Source: a virus. Taken from it: a stretch of 64,000 bases of DNA. The number at the start of each line of letters is the position of its first letter. Within the stretch, counting starts at the first letter, position 1. The notes under the pieces are model-generated. The model was not told the origin of the DNA, made no database searches, and saw nothing but the letters and a program-made list of their open reading frames with translations. The position numbers and the translations under genes were made by a program. The DNA lies in IMG/VR virus record IMGVR_UViG_3300035670_000137, positions 12,782 through 76,781 of that record; one strand, 5' to 3'. Shown piece after piece: positions 1-10,657 of this stretch.

Positions 1-3000
1 AACATCTCCACCGCCGCCACGAATACCAAGATTACCGCTGGCATCACGTTTTAGTGGAAGAATAGCTTCTGGGCCGGCTTCGCCCATAAGTCCTGCGCCT
101 TTCGCGAAGGCGAACATAGTAGGTGAGGATACTACAGTTCCTGAGTACTGGGATAAGCTTGGTGAATTAAAGACGCCGCCTTTTGCTACAAAGGCCATAG
201 AGGTCAGTATATCTGGGGCAACATTCTGTGCACCTATCATCTCTAGACCAAACCCACTACTACCTGCGGATCCGCCACCAAATAATCCAGTTATACCTCC
301 TAGTATACCTTTAGCCCCTCCTCCTGCCATTGATAGGGCTGAACTTAAGGCTGGTACCAGCCAACCGAATAGTCTTTGCAAAGACCCGGTGGCAAATTCA
401 AATACTTTGGACATTCCAGGGAACATAGTATCTATAGCTTTTCCAAAGCTTCCCACAGCTGTATCAAAAAATCCTGTAGTAGCTGTCTGTTTGTTTACTA
501 TGCCTTCTTGTTCTGCCAGCATTCTAGCTTGTTCGCTATTAGGGTCTATACCATATTCCTTCGACATATCTTCAATACTTCTAGAAGGTATATCTCCTGC
601 TGAAGCAATAGGCGTTTTTCCTCTGATCGCGTCCTCTAAACTCTTGAGAGCGCTGATAAGGGCATTTTGTGCTTTATCGGCTTTAGTTTCTGGAAGAATA
701 CCACTAAGAGCATCTTTCCATGCATTCTTCATTACCTGTGAAGCTGCATCTCTGAAAGCATTAGATAGTTCTGTGCGGGCGAAGTCAATCATGCCCTTCA
801 TAGTTAGTTCTGACTTCTGCATCATATCAAAGAACTTATCAATAGAATTATCTGTAGCAGCTATTAGGCCTTCGTTAAATACAGAAGCCGCTGACTGCGC
901 TGCGCGGCTGGCCGCGCGAATTTTGTTGGTGAAATCTTCAGCAACCTGGCCCATATATTCACCAGTGAATCCCTGACCTGATTTCTCCATACTACGCATA
1001 GTTTCTTCTGTTTGTACTAATGCTTTTTGGTACTCTGCTTGTAATATTATAGCGGTTTTATTAAGTTCATTAATTTTTTCTTGTTCAATACCTTTATCTT
1101 TTAATAATTGTAGTTCTCTCTCAAAGTTAAGTTTTAACTGATTGGCTGTGGTAGAATCTACTTGTTTTTGACCTAGAGCTGCGGCTTTGCTGGCTTCTTC
1201 TCTCATTTTGTCAGAGTATTTTTTACGTATATCTTCTTCCTCTTTAGATAGAGCTAAACTTCTCTCTTTTGCATCTATTTGTAGATTTAAAAGATCTGTT
1301 TGCTTTCCAAACTCTATGCCCGAAGATTTAGAAATAACATTATTGCCTTCAAGAGTACTACTAATTGATTTAGCTGTAGAGATTTGTTGCTTTTTTAATT
1401 CTAGATTTAGACTTTGTATCTCTAAATTACGTAGTATTTCTCGGGCTTCCACCTGTTTGTTTAAGTAATCTGTTTGTACTTTTAAAATATTATCAATACG
1501 TTTTTGTATATACTCTTGGTTTATGGTTTGCTTAGTAGCTTCTACCTGCAATTTTATAGCTTCTTCTGTTAATTTATATACTTTTTCATTCCCACCAGAT
1601 TTATGCTTTTCTCTAGCATCTAGCATTTCTTCTTCAGCTTTTTTATCTGCTAGGGTTAAGGCTAGCAGCTTGGCCTTGTTAAGTAATTCCTGAGGTATTA
1701 GTTTGTTTTTACGTTCGTATATATCTATTTCTTTACTTACTTGATCTAATCGTGCCTTTCCTAGAGCTGACTCAGCTTGTAGTAAGTCTTTTCGTTGCTG
1801 TGTAGCCTCTTTTTGGGTATCTTTTACTTTTATAATACCTTGTAGCATTTTTGCAAAATCCTCTGGATTACTGCCTTTCTTAGACTGCTCCAGTCTAAGT
1901 TCCTCTTCTAATTTTGCAACAATATCTGTATGGAATTTTAAAGTAGCGGCGTCTAGTGCGAGATTACCTAACTTAACTTGCGTCTGTAACGTCTCTAGTA
2001 CGCTCCTTCTGGCTTGTAAGTTAAATTCTAGCTCTTTTATCCTTAGTAATCTTGTTTGTACAACTTCTAATTCTTTTGTTATCCCTAAGTACGCTGTAAT
2101 TTCTGGTGTAAGTTTAGACAGAAAAGTATTATATACATTATTTCTTTGACCGGCGTCTACTTGGCTAATACCTTTTTTAAATTCTTCTATAGCATCATTA
2201 GCTTTACTTAAATTACTATCTTTTATAGATTCTTTCTTTGACGCTGATAAAATTGCTTGTCCAAATTCTGAACCGGCTTTAGATATATCTTTTAATACAG
2301 ATTCTGTATTCTTGGATTTTTTAGCCATTCTATCAAGACTATCCATAGCCATACCAACTGCAGTGCTATACTCTTCCCAGTTTTTTGTAGTATCCGCTAC
2401 TTCAGACTTTAGTTTTACTATTTGTGGTGCATCATTTTTATCTGCTTTAGCTAAAGCTGCATCTAATAACTTAAGTACTGCCAATCTAGAGGCATTTAAC
2501 TGATTTGAGTCTAGTATCCCTTCTCTTTCAGATTTATAGTAGTTTGATACTTTTTCTGCCTCCTCCCCTAGCTGTGAGGATATAGAATCTAAAGTATTAG
2601 CGCGTAATGCCTGTAATGCTACTTCTTCTTCTATTGTTCTATTGGCTATACTATTTAACTTATTGTACTTGGCTAGACTAGCATAGGCTGTTTCTGCTAT
2701 TTGGGCACTTTCTTCATGAGTTTTATTCAAGTCCTCGTTGCCTTTAGAATATAATCCCAAAGCTTTAGAGCCCCAATCAAATAGCTCAAATAAGATAGTT
2801 GCTGCTGTAGCTATAAGCCCTATAGCTCCTAATGCTTTATTAACTCCTGCTCCAATTGCTGATGCTGCCGTAGCAAATTTATATCCAGCTACTGTAGCCC
2901 CAACCATAGCCCTACCATACCAATTTAATACTTGAGTAGTTCTTATAATACCATTAGACAAAGTTATCTGTGTTCTGGTAGCCTGCCCATTAGCTATTGC

Positions 3001-4791
3001 TTTCATTGTAGCGGCGGCGGCTACACGCTTTAATCCCATTTCTTGGGCACGTAGGTGTTCAGTACTACCCGATCCATGTAAATAAGCTGCCTGCTGTACA
3101 TTGGATCTACTACGTAATTCTGCACTAATTAAACGAGAATTAGCTTTATCAGCAGCTAACTGTTTAGATATGTTGGGTTGACTATCTGGCAGAGGTTTAT
3201 CACTAGTAGCTTTTCTTTCTTGTTCTAAACGTAATAATTCTTTCTCTTCAGCTATCTGATTATTTAAGGCACTATTAATTCTGGTAATATAACTTAGAGA
3301 TTCTTGTAACTTTAATGCTCTTACCTGGGATAGATGTATCTCTTCCTCTAATAATAGTAGACCTTTTGTATTAAGACTATTAGATTGTCTTTCTTGATTT
3401 AATTGTACTGTCTTTTTTGCTATTATTTCGTTTTCTTTAGCTATAGATTGTGAAAGTGTTGTTTCTTTTGTTTTTAATGCTTTAATTGCTGCTGGGTTCT
3501 CTTGTAGTTCACTAAAAGATCCAGCTTTTAAAATATTGGCTCTTACTTGTGTAGTTTTTCCAAATATAGGGGCTACCGCACTCTGAGCAAAAGATAATTC
3601 TTTAGCTCTCTGTACTTCTACAAGTTTTTGTTGTGCTGTAATCTTAGATTTAATATCGGCTAGTTCTTTTTCTCTTAAAATTTTAGCATCACTATACGTA
3701 GATAATTTGGCTTGTTTAATATCCTTTTCGGCATTAATAAGTTTATTTTTGGTAGCCTCTACTGCTCTAGGATCTACTGTAAATATTTTATTAATTTCTG
3801 GTATAGCTCTAGTTATTAGAGATTTTACCAAAAGTAATATACCTGCTACTACCAGGCCAAAATTATCTGCTAGTACTCCGGCTATTGGGGCTATTACCTT
3901 GTTGATAACATTAGCTATATCAATAGCTGCATCTGTTACAGTAGCTAAAAGTTTTGTATATGGATTTATGTCTTTTAATTCTGCTGCGTCTTTAAACTTA
4001 TCATTTAATTGTTTTTGTACTGCTTCTGTATACGCTAACATTTTTTGATAACTAGTTAAGTTATCTACTGTTGTACCTAGGCTCTTGGCATATTCTCGCT
4101 GTGCTTCTGTTGCCTTAACTGTTACACCTAGTTCATCAATTAGTTCTGGTTCTAATTTGGTAACACCTCTTATAACACGAGTAATAGAGTCTGACATATC
4201 TCTGCCTAAGGCTATAGATGCCCCTTTGGCCCCTTTAGTTAGATTCTCTATCTGTTTACGTGTAAGGCCTGCAGAAGTTGCTAAAGTAGTTAATTGTAGG
4301 GCTTCTTTACTGCTGATGGCAAATTCTGTTATTTCCTTCATAGAATCGGCCATATTACGTATAGCTGCTCCAGTAGATGCCTCAAGTAGTTTTGCACCCT
4401 TTATCATTACTTCAAAGTCCATAGCAGACTTCAGCGCATTAAAAGCAGCACCTACAGCAAATATATTGGCAGCAAATGTAGCATATACGTGTACGAGCCC
4501 ACCTAAGCCCTGCGATTGTTTGGCGAAGTCTCTGCCTGCAGCACCAGTTCCTACAGCCCCACGAGCTACGCCATATGAATTAAGTTCGTCGTCAACAGTG
4601 GCTTGTGCACGTGAGGCAGGAGCTGCTGCACGTGACGCGGCCGCACGACTTCCTGCCGTGCCACCGACATTCATTCTTGAAGCTGTTTGCTGAGCCCGGC
4701 TAAGATTTTGATTTAGCTGTTGTGCCTGTTGATTTACCTGCCCCAAATTGGTCTGAAGCTGTAACTGCATCTGTATAGTATTACCGGCCAT
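1..4791 (-). CDS. Tail tape measure protein (3' end outside window)
   Basis: Long minus-strand ORF (not in track because it runs off the window) starting MAGNTIQMQL with GAGG RBS; Ala/Lys/Glu helical content; C-terminal motif FVAKGGVFNSPSLSQYSGTVVSSPTMFAFAKGAGLMGEAGPEAILPL typical of lambda-family tape measures; lies downstream of the tail chaperones. Confidence 0.93.
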   Translation of the reverse strand, partial: MAGNTIQMQLQLQTNLGQVNQQAQQLNQNLSRAQQTASRMNVGGTAGSRAAASRAAAPASRAQATVDDELNSYGVARGAVGTGAAGRDFAKQSQGLGGLVHVYATFAANIFAVGAAFNALKSAMDFEVMIKGAKLLEASTGAAIRNMADSMKEITEFAISSKEALQLTTLATSAGLTRKQIENLTKGAKGASIALGRDMSDSITRVIRGVTKLEPELIDELGVTVKATEAQREYAKSLGTTVDNLTSYQKMLAYTEAVQKQLNDKFKDAAELKDINPYTKLLATVTDAAIDIANVINKVIAPIAGVLADNFGLVVAGILLLVKSLITRAIPEINKIFTVDPRAVEATKNKLINAEKDIKQAKLSTYSDAKILREKELADIKSKITAQQKLVEVQRAKELSFAQSAVAPIFGKTTQVRANILKAGSFSELQENPAAIKALKTKETTLSQSIAKENEIIAKKTVQLNQERQSNSLNTKGLLLLEEEIHLSQVRALKLQESLSYITRINSALNNQIAEEKELLRLEQERKATSDKPLPDSQPNISKQLAADKANSRLISAELRSRSNVQQAAYLHGSGSTEHLRAQEMGLKRVAAAATMKAIANGQATRTQITLSNGIIRTTQVLNWYGRAMVGATVAGYKFATAASAIGAGVNKALGAIGLIATAATILFELFDWGSKALGLYSKGNEDLNKTHEESAQIAETAYASLAKYNKLNSIANRTIEEEVALQALRANTLDSISSQLGEEAEKVSNYYKSEREGILDSNQLNASRLAVLKLLDAALAKADKNDAPQIVKLKSEVADTTKNWEEYSTAVGMAMDSLDRMAKKSKNTESVLKDISKAGSEFGQAILSASKKESIKDSNLSKANDAIEEFKKGISQVDAGQRNNVYNTFLSKLTPEITAYLGITKELEVVQTRLLRIKELEFNLQARRSVLETLQTQVKLGNLALDAATLKFHTDIVAKLEEELRLEQSKKGSNPEDFAKMLQGIIKVKDTQKEATQQRKDLLQAESALGKARLDQVSKEIDIYERKNKLIPQELLNKAKLLALTLADKKAEEEMLDAREKHKSGGNEKVYKLTEEAIKLQVEATKQTINQEYIQKRIDNILKVQTDYLNKQVEAREILRNLEIQSLNLELKKQQISTAKSISSTLEGNNVISKSSGIEFGKQTDLLNLQIDAKERSLALSKEEEDIRKKYSDKMREEASKAAALGQKQVDSTTANQLKLNFERELQLLKDKGIEQEKINELNKTAIILQAEYQKALVQTEETMRSMEKSGQGFTGEYMGQVAEDFTNKIRAASRAAQSAASVFNEGLIAATDNSIDKFFDMMQKSELTMKGMIDFARTELSNAFRDAASQVMKNAWKDALSGILPETKADKAQNALISALKSLEDAIRGKTPIASAGDIPSRSIEDMSKEYGIDPNSEQARMLAEQEGIVNKQTATTGFFDTAVGSFGKAIDTMFPGMSKVFEFATGSLQRLFGWLVPALSSALSMAGGGAKGILGGITGLFGGGSAGSSGFGLEMIGAQNVAPDILTSMAFVAKGGVFNSPSLSQYSGTVVSSPTMFAFAKGAGLMGEAGPEAILPLKRDASGNLGIRGGGGDV

Positions 4792-4835
4792 ACGTACCTC
4801 GCTTTTTTCCGATACGGAATTTCATTTTTCATATA

Positions 4836-4864
4836 TTATAGCACTGCACCTAGACAATGTCAAT
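4836..4864 (-). promoter_or_regulatory. sigma70-type late promoter for tape measure gene
   Basis: Minus strand TTGACA-N17-TATAAT. Confidence 0.8.
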
Positions 4865-4898
4865 GATAAATTTTTTAATGCAAAAAAGCCCACCAATT

Positions 4899-5270
4899 TT
4901 ACTTGGCAGGCTTTTTTGCATTAATTATACTAGAACGAATATTATCGATTATTTGAATTATGGCGAAACAGGTTTTTCTATCTTCTATCTCTGCAATACT
5001 AAATACATCGCTAATACCCGACATTACTTTACCCATATATACGCCATTCATTCCATCCCAATTATCTTGAAGCATATTATACACCATAAGGGCTTCTTGG
5101 ACATCATCGGACAGATCATCGTATTCTACAGGTATTTCTGACTCAACTGGTTCGTTACCCAGAGCAGCACACATTTCGAAATAAGTATCCTTAGTTACCT
5201 TTGCTTCCGCATTAAGGTAAAAGGACTTTATTTGCTCTTGGAGGGCGCTCCACTGGGCTGCTGAAAATTT
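4899..5270 (-). CDS. Tail assembly chaperone, frameshifted C-terminal part (gpT-like)
   Basis: The -1 frame is open from the slippery site at 5264-5270 (FSAAQWSALQEQIKSFY...EMCAALG...) through track ORF 4899-5174; lies between chaperone and tape measure. Confidence 0.85.
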   Translation of the reverse strand, partial: KFSAAQWSALQEQIKSFYLNAEAKVTKDTYFEMCAALGNEPVESEIPVEYDDLSDDVQEALMVYNMLQDNWDGMNGVYMGKVMSGISDVFSIAEIEDRKTCFAIIQIIDNIRSSIINAKKPAK

Positions 5271-5659
5271 GAAAGTTCTGTGACTGTTTCGCTAACAAAA
5301 GAATCGAAAGAGGCACTAGCCTTCATTAGATATAGAGCATTCTCTCTTGAATATCCTAATGTATCGTCTGGATCCTGTCCGGATACATCGACTGGAGCTA
5401 GTTGCTCGAGATAGGAAAACTTTAGGCCTTTCCACCCTTTAATACTTGCATCTACATACAACTGTAAAAAGAGGTCGTCGTTGAGGCTTTCAACTTGTTG
5501 ACGATTTTTCCATTCAATCTTTGTGGCCTTTTTTCTGATTTTCATTAGCTCTTCACGAGATAGGAAAGATAGATTTAATTTAAAATCTGGAAGACCAGGA
5601 TACTCTACCTCTACATCTTTGCTAGGAACTAGTAGGCTCTTTAGACTTACTTCTGACAT
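5228..5659 (-). CDS. Tail assembly chaperone (gpG-like)
   Basis: Synteny between tail tube and tape measure; ends just after slippery heptamer A-AAT-TTT. Confidence 0.85.
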   Translation of the reverse strand: MSEVSLKSLLVPSKDVEVEYPGLPDFKLNLSFLSREELMKIRKKATKIEWKNRQQVESLNDDLFLQLYVDASIKGWKGLKFSYLEQLAPVDVSGQDPDDTLGYSRENALYLMKASASFDSFVSETVTELSNFQQPSGAPSKSK

Positions 5660-5729
5660 TTATTATATACCTTTTATTAAAGAAAAAAGAGGGCAGGCAA
5701 GCTTATAACCTGCCCCCGTAAAGCATCAA

Positions 5730-7208
5730 TTACGCTGCGTAATAACGTAGTGTAATGTCGTTTGTGTTTTCAATATCGTAAGCTGCGCCGGTTACACCGA
5801 TTAGATCGCTTGCAGTACCTTGACCACTAAATGTAATAGCGGTAGATACAACATCTGCAATATCAACACTTGGTACGCCAATAACTGCACCAGGCATTTC
5901 TAGCTCTACACGAGTACCGTTGCTACTACCACCTACTTCAACTTGCAACCAGTACTTGGTTTCAGCTGCTGTAGATATGTTGGTTAACATATTAGCTAGT
6001 AGGTCTGCTGCTTGGCCTGTTCCAGTACGTAGGTAAGCATTAATAGTACCAGATACTGCACGAGCACCAGTGAAGTAACCGATTGGAGTATTAACAGTAC
6101 CAATATTATTTGGAGTAACATAGTTAATATTGTTAGCAATCTGAATACTACCACCAGTTAGAGCAATAGTATAAGTAGCTGCACCAGTACCTACGCCACC
6201 TAGTGTAGACTTCAACTGTACCGTTGATAGCTTATTAGTGATATAAGCTGCATCAGTTACCTTAGTTGTAAAGTTACCAGCTAGGCCACCTGTTAAGGTA
6301 TTGCCTGACAATGTTACAGCTGAAGCTATGTTATTTAATAGTGTACCCTTGGCTGACCAAGCTACCATAGAGATAGCATCTAGACCGAAATCGATCTGGG
6401 CACTATCAATAGCGCAATTGTCAATAGTATACCATGCATTATCAACGTTAAAGATAAATCCAATAGGTTGTAGCTGGTTTCTATTAGAATGTGCAGAAGT
6501 TATTAAACCAAATGGTGTAGTAATGCCTGTAGCTGTTGACTGGTCATTCCAAGCAGATTGGGTAAACTTAACTGCTGAAGAAACTGTAACGTTAGCTACT
6601 GTAACTGCTGCTGATGCAGGAGGTGCTGTCAAATATGTACCAACTAAAGAAGAACTTGTGCTAGAAGTAACTTTAAATGGGGCATTATAAGGTGCTGCCG
6701 CTGTACCTGTTAGACCACGCATAGTATAAATACTATTAGCTGTTAAAGCCGTCATACCTGAACCACTTAAAGTAAAGGTAGGTGACGATGTAGTAGATCT
6801 AACTAAAGTAGTGGCTGGTGTACCACCTAATGTAGTTGCTGTAACTGTATTAGGAACACCATCAGTTGTTCCCTCAATACCTACGTAACCTAGAAGGGCA
6901 TTCCATAGAACTTTTTCTTCTGCTCCAACTGTAGCAGTATTATTCTTTGGACGAATATAGGTAGAGAAAGATATTTCAACTGGATTAAGAGCTGTATTGA
7001 ATGCTCTGGATCCACGAATAGGTGTAGTACCTGCTTCATTAATCTGAACATTGGTATTGTTAGTACCTTGAGAGAAGCTGAAACCATCTAGAACTTGAAT
7101 CTCCCAACAATTAGTTGTAGTAAAACCAGTGGTTTTAACTGCTCCAGTCGCTGTATTCAAGTTAGTAGTAACAAACACTCTACTATTTCTTGATAAATTA
7201 TATGCCAT
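5730..7208 (-). CDS. Major tail tube protein (T5 pb6-like)
   Basis: N-terminus SRNSRVFV...WEIQVLDGFSFSQ...RAFNTALNPVEISFSTYIRP resembles T5-like tail tube proteins; synteny. Confidence 0.9.
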   Translation of the reverse strand: MAYNLSRNSRVFVTTNLNTATGAVKTTGFTTTNCWEIQVLDGFSFSQGTNNTNVQINEAGTTPIRGSRAFNTALNPVEISFSTYIRPKNNTATVGAEEKVLWNALLGYVGIEGTTDGVPNTVTATTLGGTPATTLVRSTTSSPTFTLSGSGMTALTANSIYTMRGLTGTAAAPYNAPFKVTSSTSSSLVGTYLTAPPASAAVTVANVTVSSAVKFTQSAWNDQSTATGITTPFGLITSAHSNRNQLQPIGFIFNVDNAWYTIDNCAIDSAQIDFGLDAISMVAWSAKGTLLNNIASAVTLSGNTLTGGLAGNFTTKVTDAAYITNKLSTVQLKSTLGGVGTGAATYTIALTGGSIQIANNINYVTPNNIGTVNTPIGYFTGARAVSGTINAYLRTGTGQAADLLANMLTNISTAAETKYWLQVEVGGSSNGTRVELEMPGAVIGVPSVDIADVVSTAITFSGQGTASDLIGVTGAAYDIENTNDITLRYYAA

Positions 7209-7271
7209 ATTTTATCCTTTTAATATGGTTGTGTTCTTTTTAGCTTGACTAGATATTTATCTGTACCTGCC

Positions 7272-7712
7272 TTAAAGAACTGGGTATTGAACCGTAATAT
7301 TTACTTCACCTACACCGTATGGCTCTAGGAGTCCCTCATCCGTAACTATGGAATTGATCAGAATTTCAGTAGTTTGAGCACCTGCGGTTTCAGTATCGTA
7401 TACTAGAGTTCGATTCGTATCGATAACCTTCTCTACATCTTCTAGAAGGTTTTCTAATTCTTGTGCGGGATTCTCTCCCTTTACGTACAACTTAAGGGAT
7501 ATACCAAGGAATCCCCATTTAAATCCGGCAGGAAGATACTCTCTAGTTTCTGAACCTGTGGACATGTAGATAGCTGGGAAATCTGATACTTCGTCCCAGA
7601 ACTTCAATTTAGGGTATGCATTACTAAATATATTAGTATTATACCCACCTGAACCATCTATTAACTTTAATTTCTCTGCCAATGCTTTGGCTATTGATGT
7701 TCTTACTGACAT
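7272..7712 (-). CDS. Tail terminator protein (T5 p142-like)
   Basis: MSVRTSIAKAL...FWDEVSDFPAI...ETREYLP...TDEGLLEPYGVGE; RBS GGAG before ATG 7712; synteny. Confidence 0.85.
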   Translation of the reverse strand: MSVRTSIAKALAEKLKLIDGSGGYNTNIFSNAYPKLKFWDEVSDFPAIYMSTGSETREYLPAGFKWGFLGISLKLYVKGENPAQELENLLEDVEKVIDTNRTLVYDTETAGAQTTEILINSIVTDEGLLEPYGVGEVNITVQYPVL

Positions 7713-8419
7713 ACTCTCCATCCTTTATGAGATTTTCTATGCCCATTTAGTACAGCACCTAAATTTGTATGTTGTAAGTTATGCTGCTTGGCAAATTCTT
7801 TTATATTATCAATATTTGTGAATACTTCTCCTGTTGGAGATATTAGATTAGGATTTATTTTTCCCAGTGCCTTTGAGGAAAATTTATGTCCTTTATTATG
7901 TATACCTTTAATACTTTTTAAGATATCATACTTATATGGATACACTTCCTCTAACCATTTATAGTTACTTAAACTGGCTATACTTCTAACTGTATACACA
8001 GATACAGCTGTAATGTCTGCAATATCAGATGCAGTCAAGTGCTGTTCATCTACTAAAAGATTAAATACTTTAAGGATTTGTTCGTTAGAATATTTGGAAC
8101 ATGGATTGTTAGTACCTCGTAAACCTAGGTGGCCCCGTCGTCCTCTTGACTCATCATATGTATTAAAACCATTTAATACACTATTAAATATATCTATAGC
8201 AATATTTTCATTCTCATCTAGTGTAGACTCAGTACACTCTAATAATATCTTTAGCTTAGGAATACCATACAGATTATATGCTTCCATTAACTTTTCTGAA
8301 CTTGTATTATTTTTAAGGCTATATTTATGTTGACCGAATCTATATTCTATATTATTAGATTGTCCTATATAAACTTTATCTGTACCTTCAAATTCTAAAC
8401 AATATATACCTATTGTCAT
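7703..8419 (-). CDS. GIY-YIG homing endonuclease (free-standing)
   Basis: GIYC...KVYIGQS...RF motif; C-terminal DNA-binding repeat (FAKQHNL...HKGW); likely start MTIGIY with AGGAG RBS. Confidence 0.9.
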   Translation of the reverse strand: MTIGIYCLEFEGTDKVYIGQSNNIEYRFGQHKYSLKNNTSSEKLMEAYNLYGIPKLKILLECTESTLDENENIAIDIFNSVLNGFNTYDESRGRRGHLGLRGTNNPCSKYSNEQILKVFNLLVDEQHLTASDIADITAVSVYTVRSIASLSNYKWLEEVYPYKYDILKSIKGIHNKGHKFSSKALGKINPNLISPTGEVFTNIDNIKEFAKQHNLQHTNLGAVLNGHRKSHKGWRVCQ

Positions 8420-8496
8420 GGTTGTTCTCCTGAAAGAAATTGAGGGCTGTTGTTCAGGCAACAGTTAACGGCTCATGACTTCCGAACCCTCTTAAA

Positions 8497-9999
8497 TTAT
8501 AATGATACTGCCCTTAATCTATTACCGACTATACCAGCCGCTATTTCTCTAATAGATTTAGATATTAAAGTTTTGGGATCTCTGGCTGCTGAGTATTGTT
8601 TTCCACCCTCTGAAAAAGTAGCATATGGATTTCGCATCCAGCTGTAAAAAGCAGTTATCATTCCTTGCCTTGACTCGCTTAAACGCTCAATTTTTGCCGA
8701 TTCTGCAAGTCTGCCTGTTCTGTTTTGTAATCTAGGTTTGCCCATATTCTTTTTAATTTGCTGAGCAAGTGCCTGATTCAGCAGAGTCTGTAGATTGGCG
8801 AGACTGGATTGTTTAGGTTTTGGTTTAGGTATACTTTGCTTAGTTACTTTAGCAGTACCTGCGGTAGCTGCTACTTTTGGACCTTTTAACGGCTCTAGTT
8901 GTTTACTCTTAGGTATTTTCTTTTTAAGTACACTTCCTGGATCTATCTTACCATTTTTAATAATGGAAGCTACTCTATAGCCTATTTCTTCTTCTATAGA
9001 TCTAGAAAAATGTACATTAGCTAATAGTTTTACTAGCTCTGCTTTTAGTACACCCTCTACCTGGGATCCCCATTTAATTTGATTTTCTAGGGAATCCTGT
9101 GGTACTACTATATTTATATTTATTCCTGCACTAAGTACTGCTGCTCCAAAATCCTTAGATAGCTCAGATTCTATTAATGTACCATAAGAGTGAGTAGTCT
9201 GTAGTCTACCAATTAATGCAGATATTTCTTGTAAAGCCGAAGAGACTGTATTGGCACTACTTAGTTGAAAAAGTACACTATTAACTTCATCTGGCAGATC
9301 TATACTAGAAGCAACCCCTGTGGACTTTTCTACAAGTGCTTGTAATAGGGCTTCTGTAGCTCTCAACTGCACGTACAGGGGGGACTGCGCTTGATCTTTT
9401 AAAGGAGAATCTAATGGATGGTGTATAACTACGTGACCTAGGTCAATACCAGCTTCTTTGGTGGTACCACGCTGCCCAGACCTAAGTTCAATAGTAGTAT
9501 AGTCCGCTTTTACTCTGTCAATTAGCCCTCTAAATCTAACATTTAGGTCACTAGAGAATCTTTGGGCTTGGGCGAAATCTTTGAAAAAGACTCCATAAAT
9601 TTCCCCGTCCTTATATACAGGACAAGGAAATGGTAGTAATCCAAAAGTTTCATTATTTAGGGGTGTCTTAGAATCTAAAATAATACCGCTAGGTAGTTTA
9701 ATAGTACGTTGTGGTATAAATGTACCACCTATTAAATTAATTGGATTAGCTCCCCCATACTTACTGCTTTTTACTAGATCCTTTATCTGAGACATTAAAT
9801 ATTCTTTAGTATCTACTGTTTTCTTATTGATCTTTATAGTATCATACAGTTTGCTAAGTAGGGGGCCTTCTAATATCTTAGTAGATATAGGTATAAAATG
9901 TGGTTTACTATCTAGTCTAGCTAGTAGAGGATTTGCTCCGCTTTTTCTAGCTTTAATTATCTTTTCTTCGATATACTTTAATAAAGTATTCGCATCCAT
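8497..9999 (-). CDS. Tail completion protein (T5 p143-like C-terminus) with long N-terminal extension
   Basis: C-terminal LQNRTGRLAES...RNPYATF...RDPKTLISKSIREIA; synteny between head completion protein and terminator. Confidence 0.7.
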   Translation of the reverse strand: MDANTLLKYIEEKIIKARKSGANPLLARLDSKPHFIPISTKILEGPLLSKLYDTIKINKKTVDTKEYLMSQIKDLVKSSKYGGANPINLIGGTFIPQRTIKLPSGIILDSKTPLNNETFGLLPFPCPVYKDGEIYGVFFKDFAQAQRFSSDLNVRFRGLIDRVKADYTTIELRSGQRGTTKEAGIDLGHVVIHHPLDSPLKDQAQSPLYVQLRATEALLQALVEKSTGVASSIDLPDEVNSVLFQLSSANTVSSALQEISALIGRLQTTHSYGTLIESELSKDFGAAVLSAGININIVVPQDSLENQIKWGSQVEGVLKAELVKLLANVHFSRSIEEEIGYRVASIIKNGKIDPGSVLKKKIPKSKQLEPLKGPKVAATAGTAKVTKQSIPKPKPKQSSLANLQTLLNQALAQQIKKNMGKPRLQNRTGRLAESAKIERLSESRQGMITAFYSWMRNPYATFSEGGKQYSAARDPKTLISKSIREIAAGIVGNRLRAVSL

Positions 10000-10000
10000 A

Positions 10001-10573
10001 TCAACTCACATTCGCTAAATATAGGTCGAATACTCTTGCAATATGTGAAGGTAGTGTGTTCTTAGTAATATACTCAATCTGAACAGTATTGGAACCAGCG
10101 TCGCGCTGTGACTTAACTGCCATATCATTTTTCAAATAATATGTACAGAGATCCATTACTGCGATTTTTAAATCTTCAGGGATCTCTTCGAATCCAGCAG
10201 TATAAGTAACTTTGTACCCATTAACTGCTGCAGGGAAAGATCCTTCACTATTAATTGGTACTATTACATGGTTAACTCTATCTGTAGCAAAGTCGGTAAA
10301 TTCTGTAAGCGCAGTATACGTTGCGCCGTAATCGCTTGAATACTCTACACTAGAAACTGCAACTATTGGATACTCGCCTAGTAGAAGGAAATCTCCTCCT
10401 TCATGTATTTCTTCTTTAGCATCACTAAAGTAATCAACAAATGTTCTACGGCAGTACGTTTTGCAAAGCTGACTAGCTTTTGGTATAATATTCTTAATTG
10501 CTGCATCTTGATTGGTGCTGGATATTCCGGCGTACGCTTTATATTCAGCTAATGTAAATAGATCAGTAGCCAT
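10001..10573 (-). CDS. Head completion / head-tail adaptor protein (T5 p144-like)
   Basis: TLAEYKAY...YCRRTF...VTYTAGF..IPEDLKIA adaptor motif; directly downstream of capsid gene. Confidence 0.85.
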   Translation of the reverse strand: MATDLFTLAEYKAYAGISSTNQDAAIKNIIPKASQLCKTYCRRTFVDYFSDAKEEIHEGGDFLLLGEYPIVAVSSVEYSSDYGATYTALTEFTDFATDRVNHVIVPINSEGSFPAAVNGYKVTYTAGFEEIPEDLKIAVMDLCTYYLKNDMAVKSQRDAGSNTVQIEYITKNTLPSHIARVFDLYLANVS

Positions 10574-10657
10574 TATATCTCCTTATGAGCTTCTTGTATG
10601 AACACTATTTGTAGTGCCCATACAAGAAGGGGGACAGTTAAGTCCCCCAATCTTAAA

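Noticed and set aside
376-4693. Plus-strand ORFs in the track
   Set aside because: Antisense shadows of the tape measure gene; no recognisable motifs
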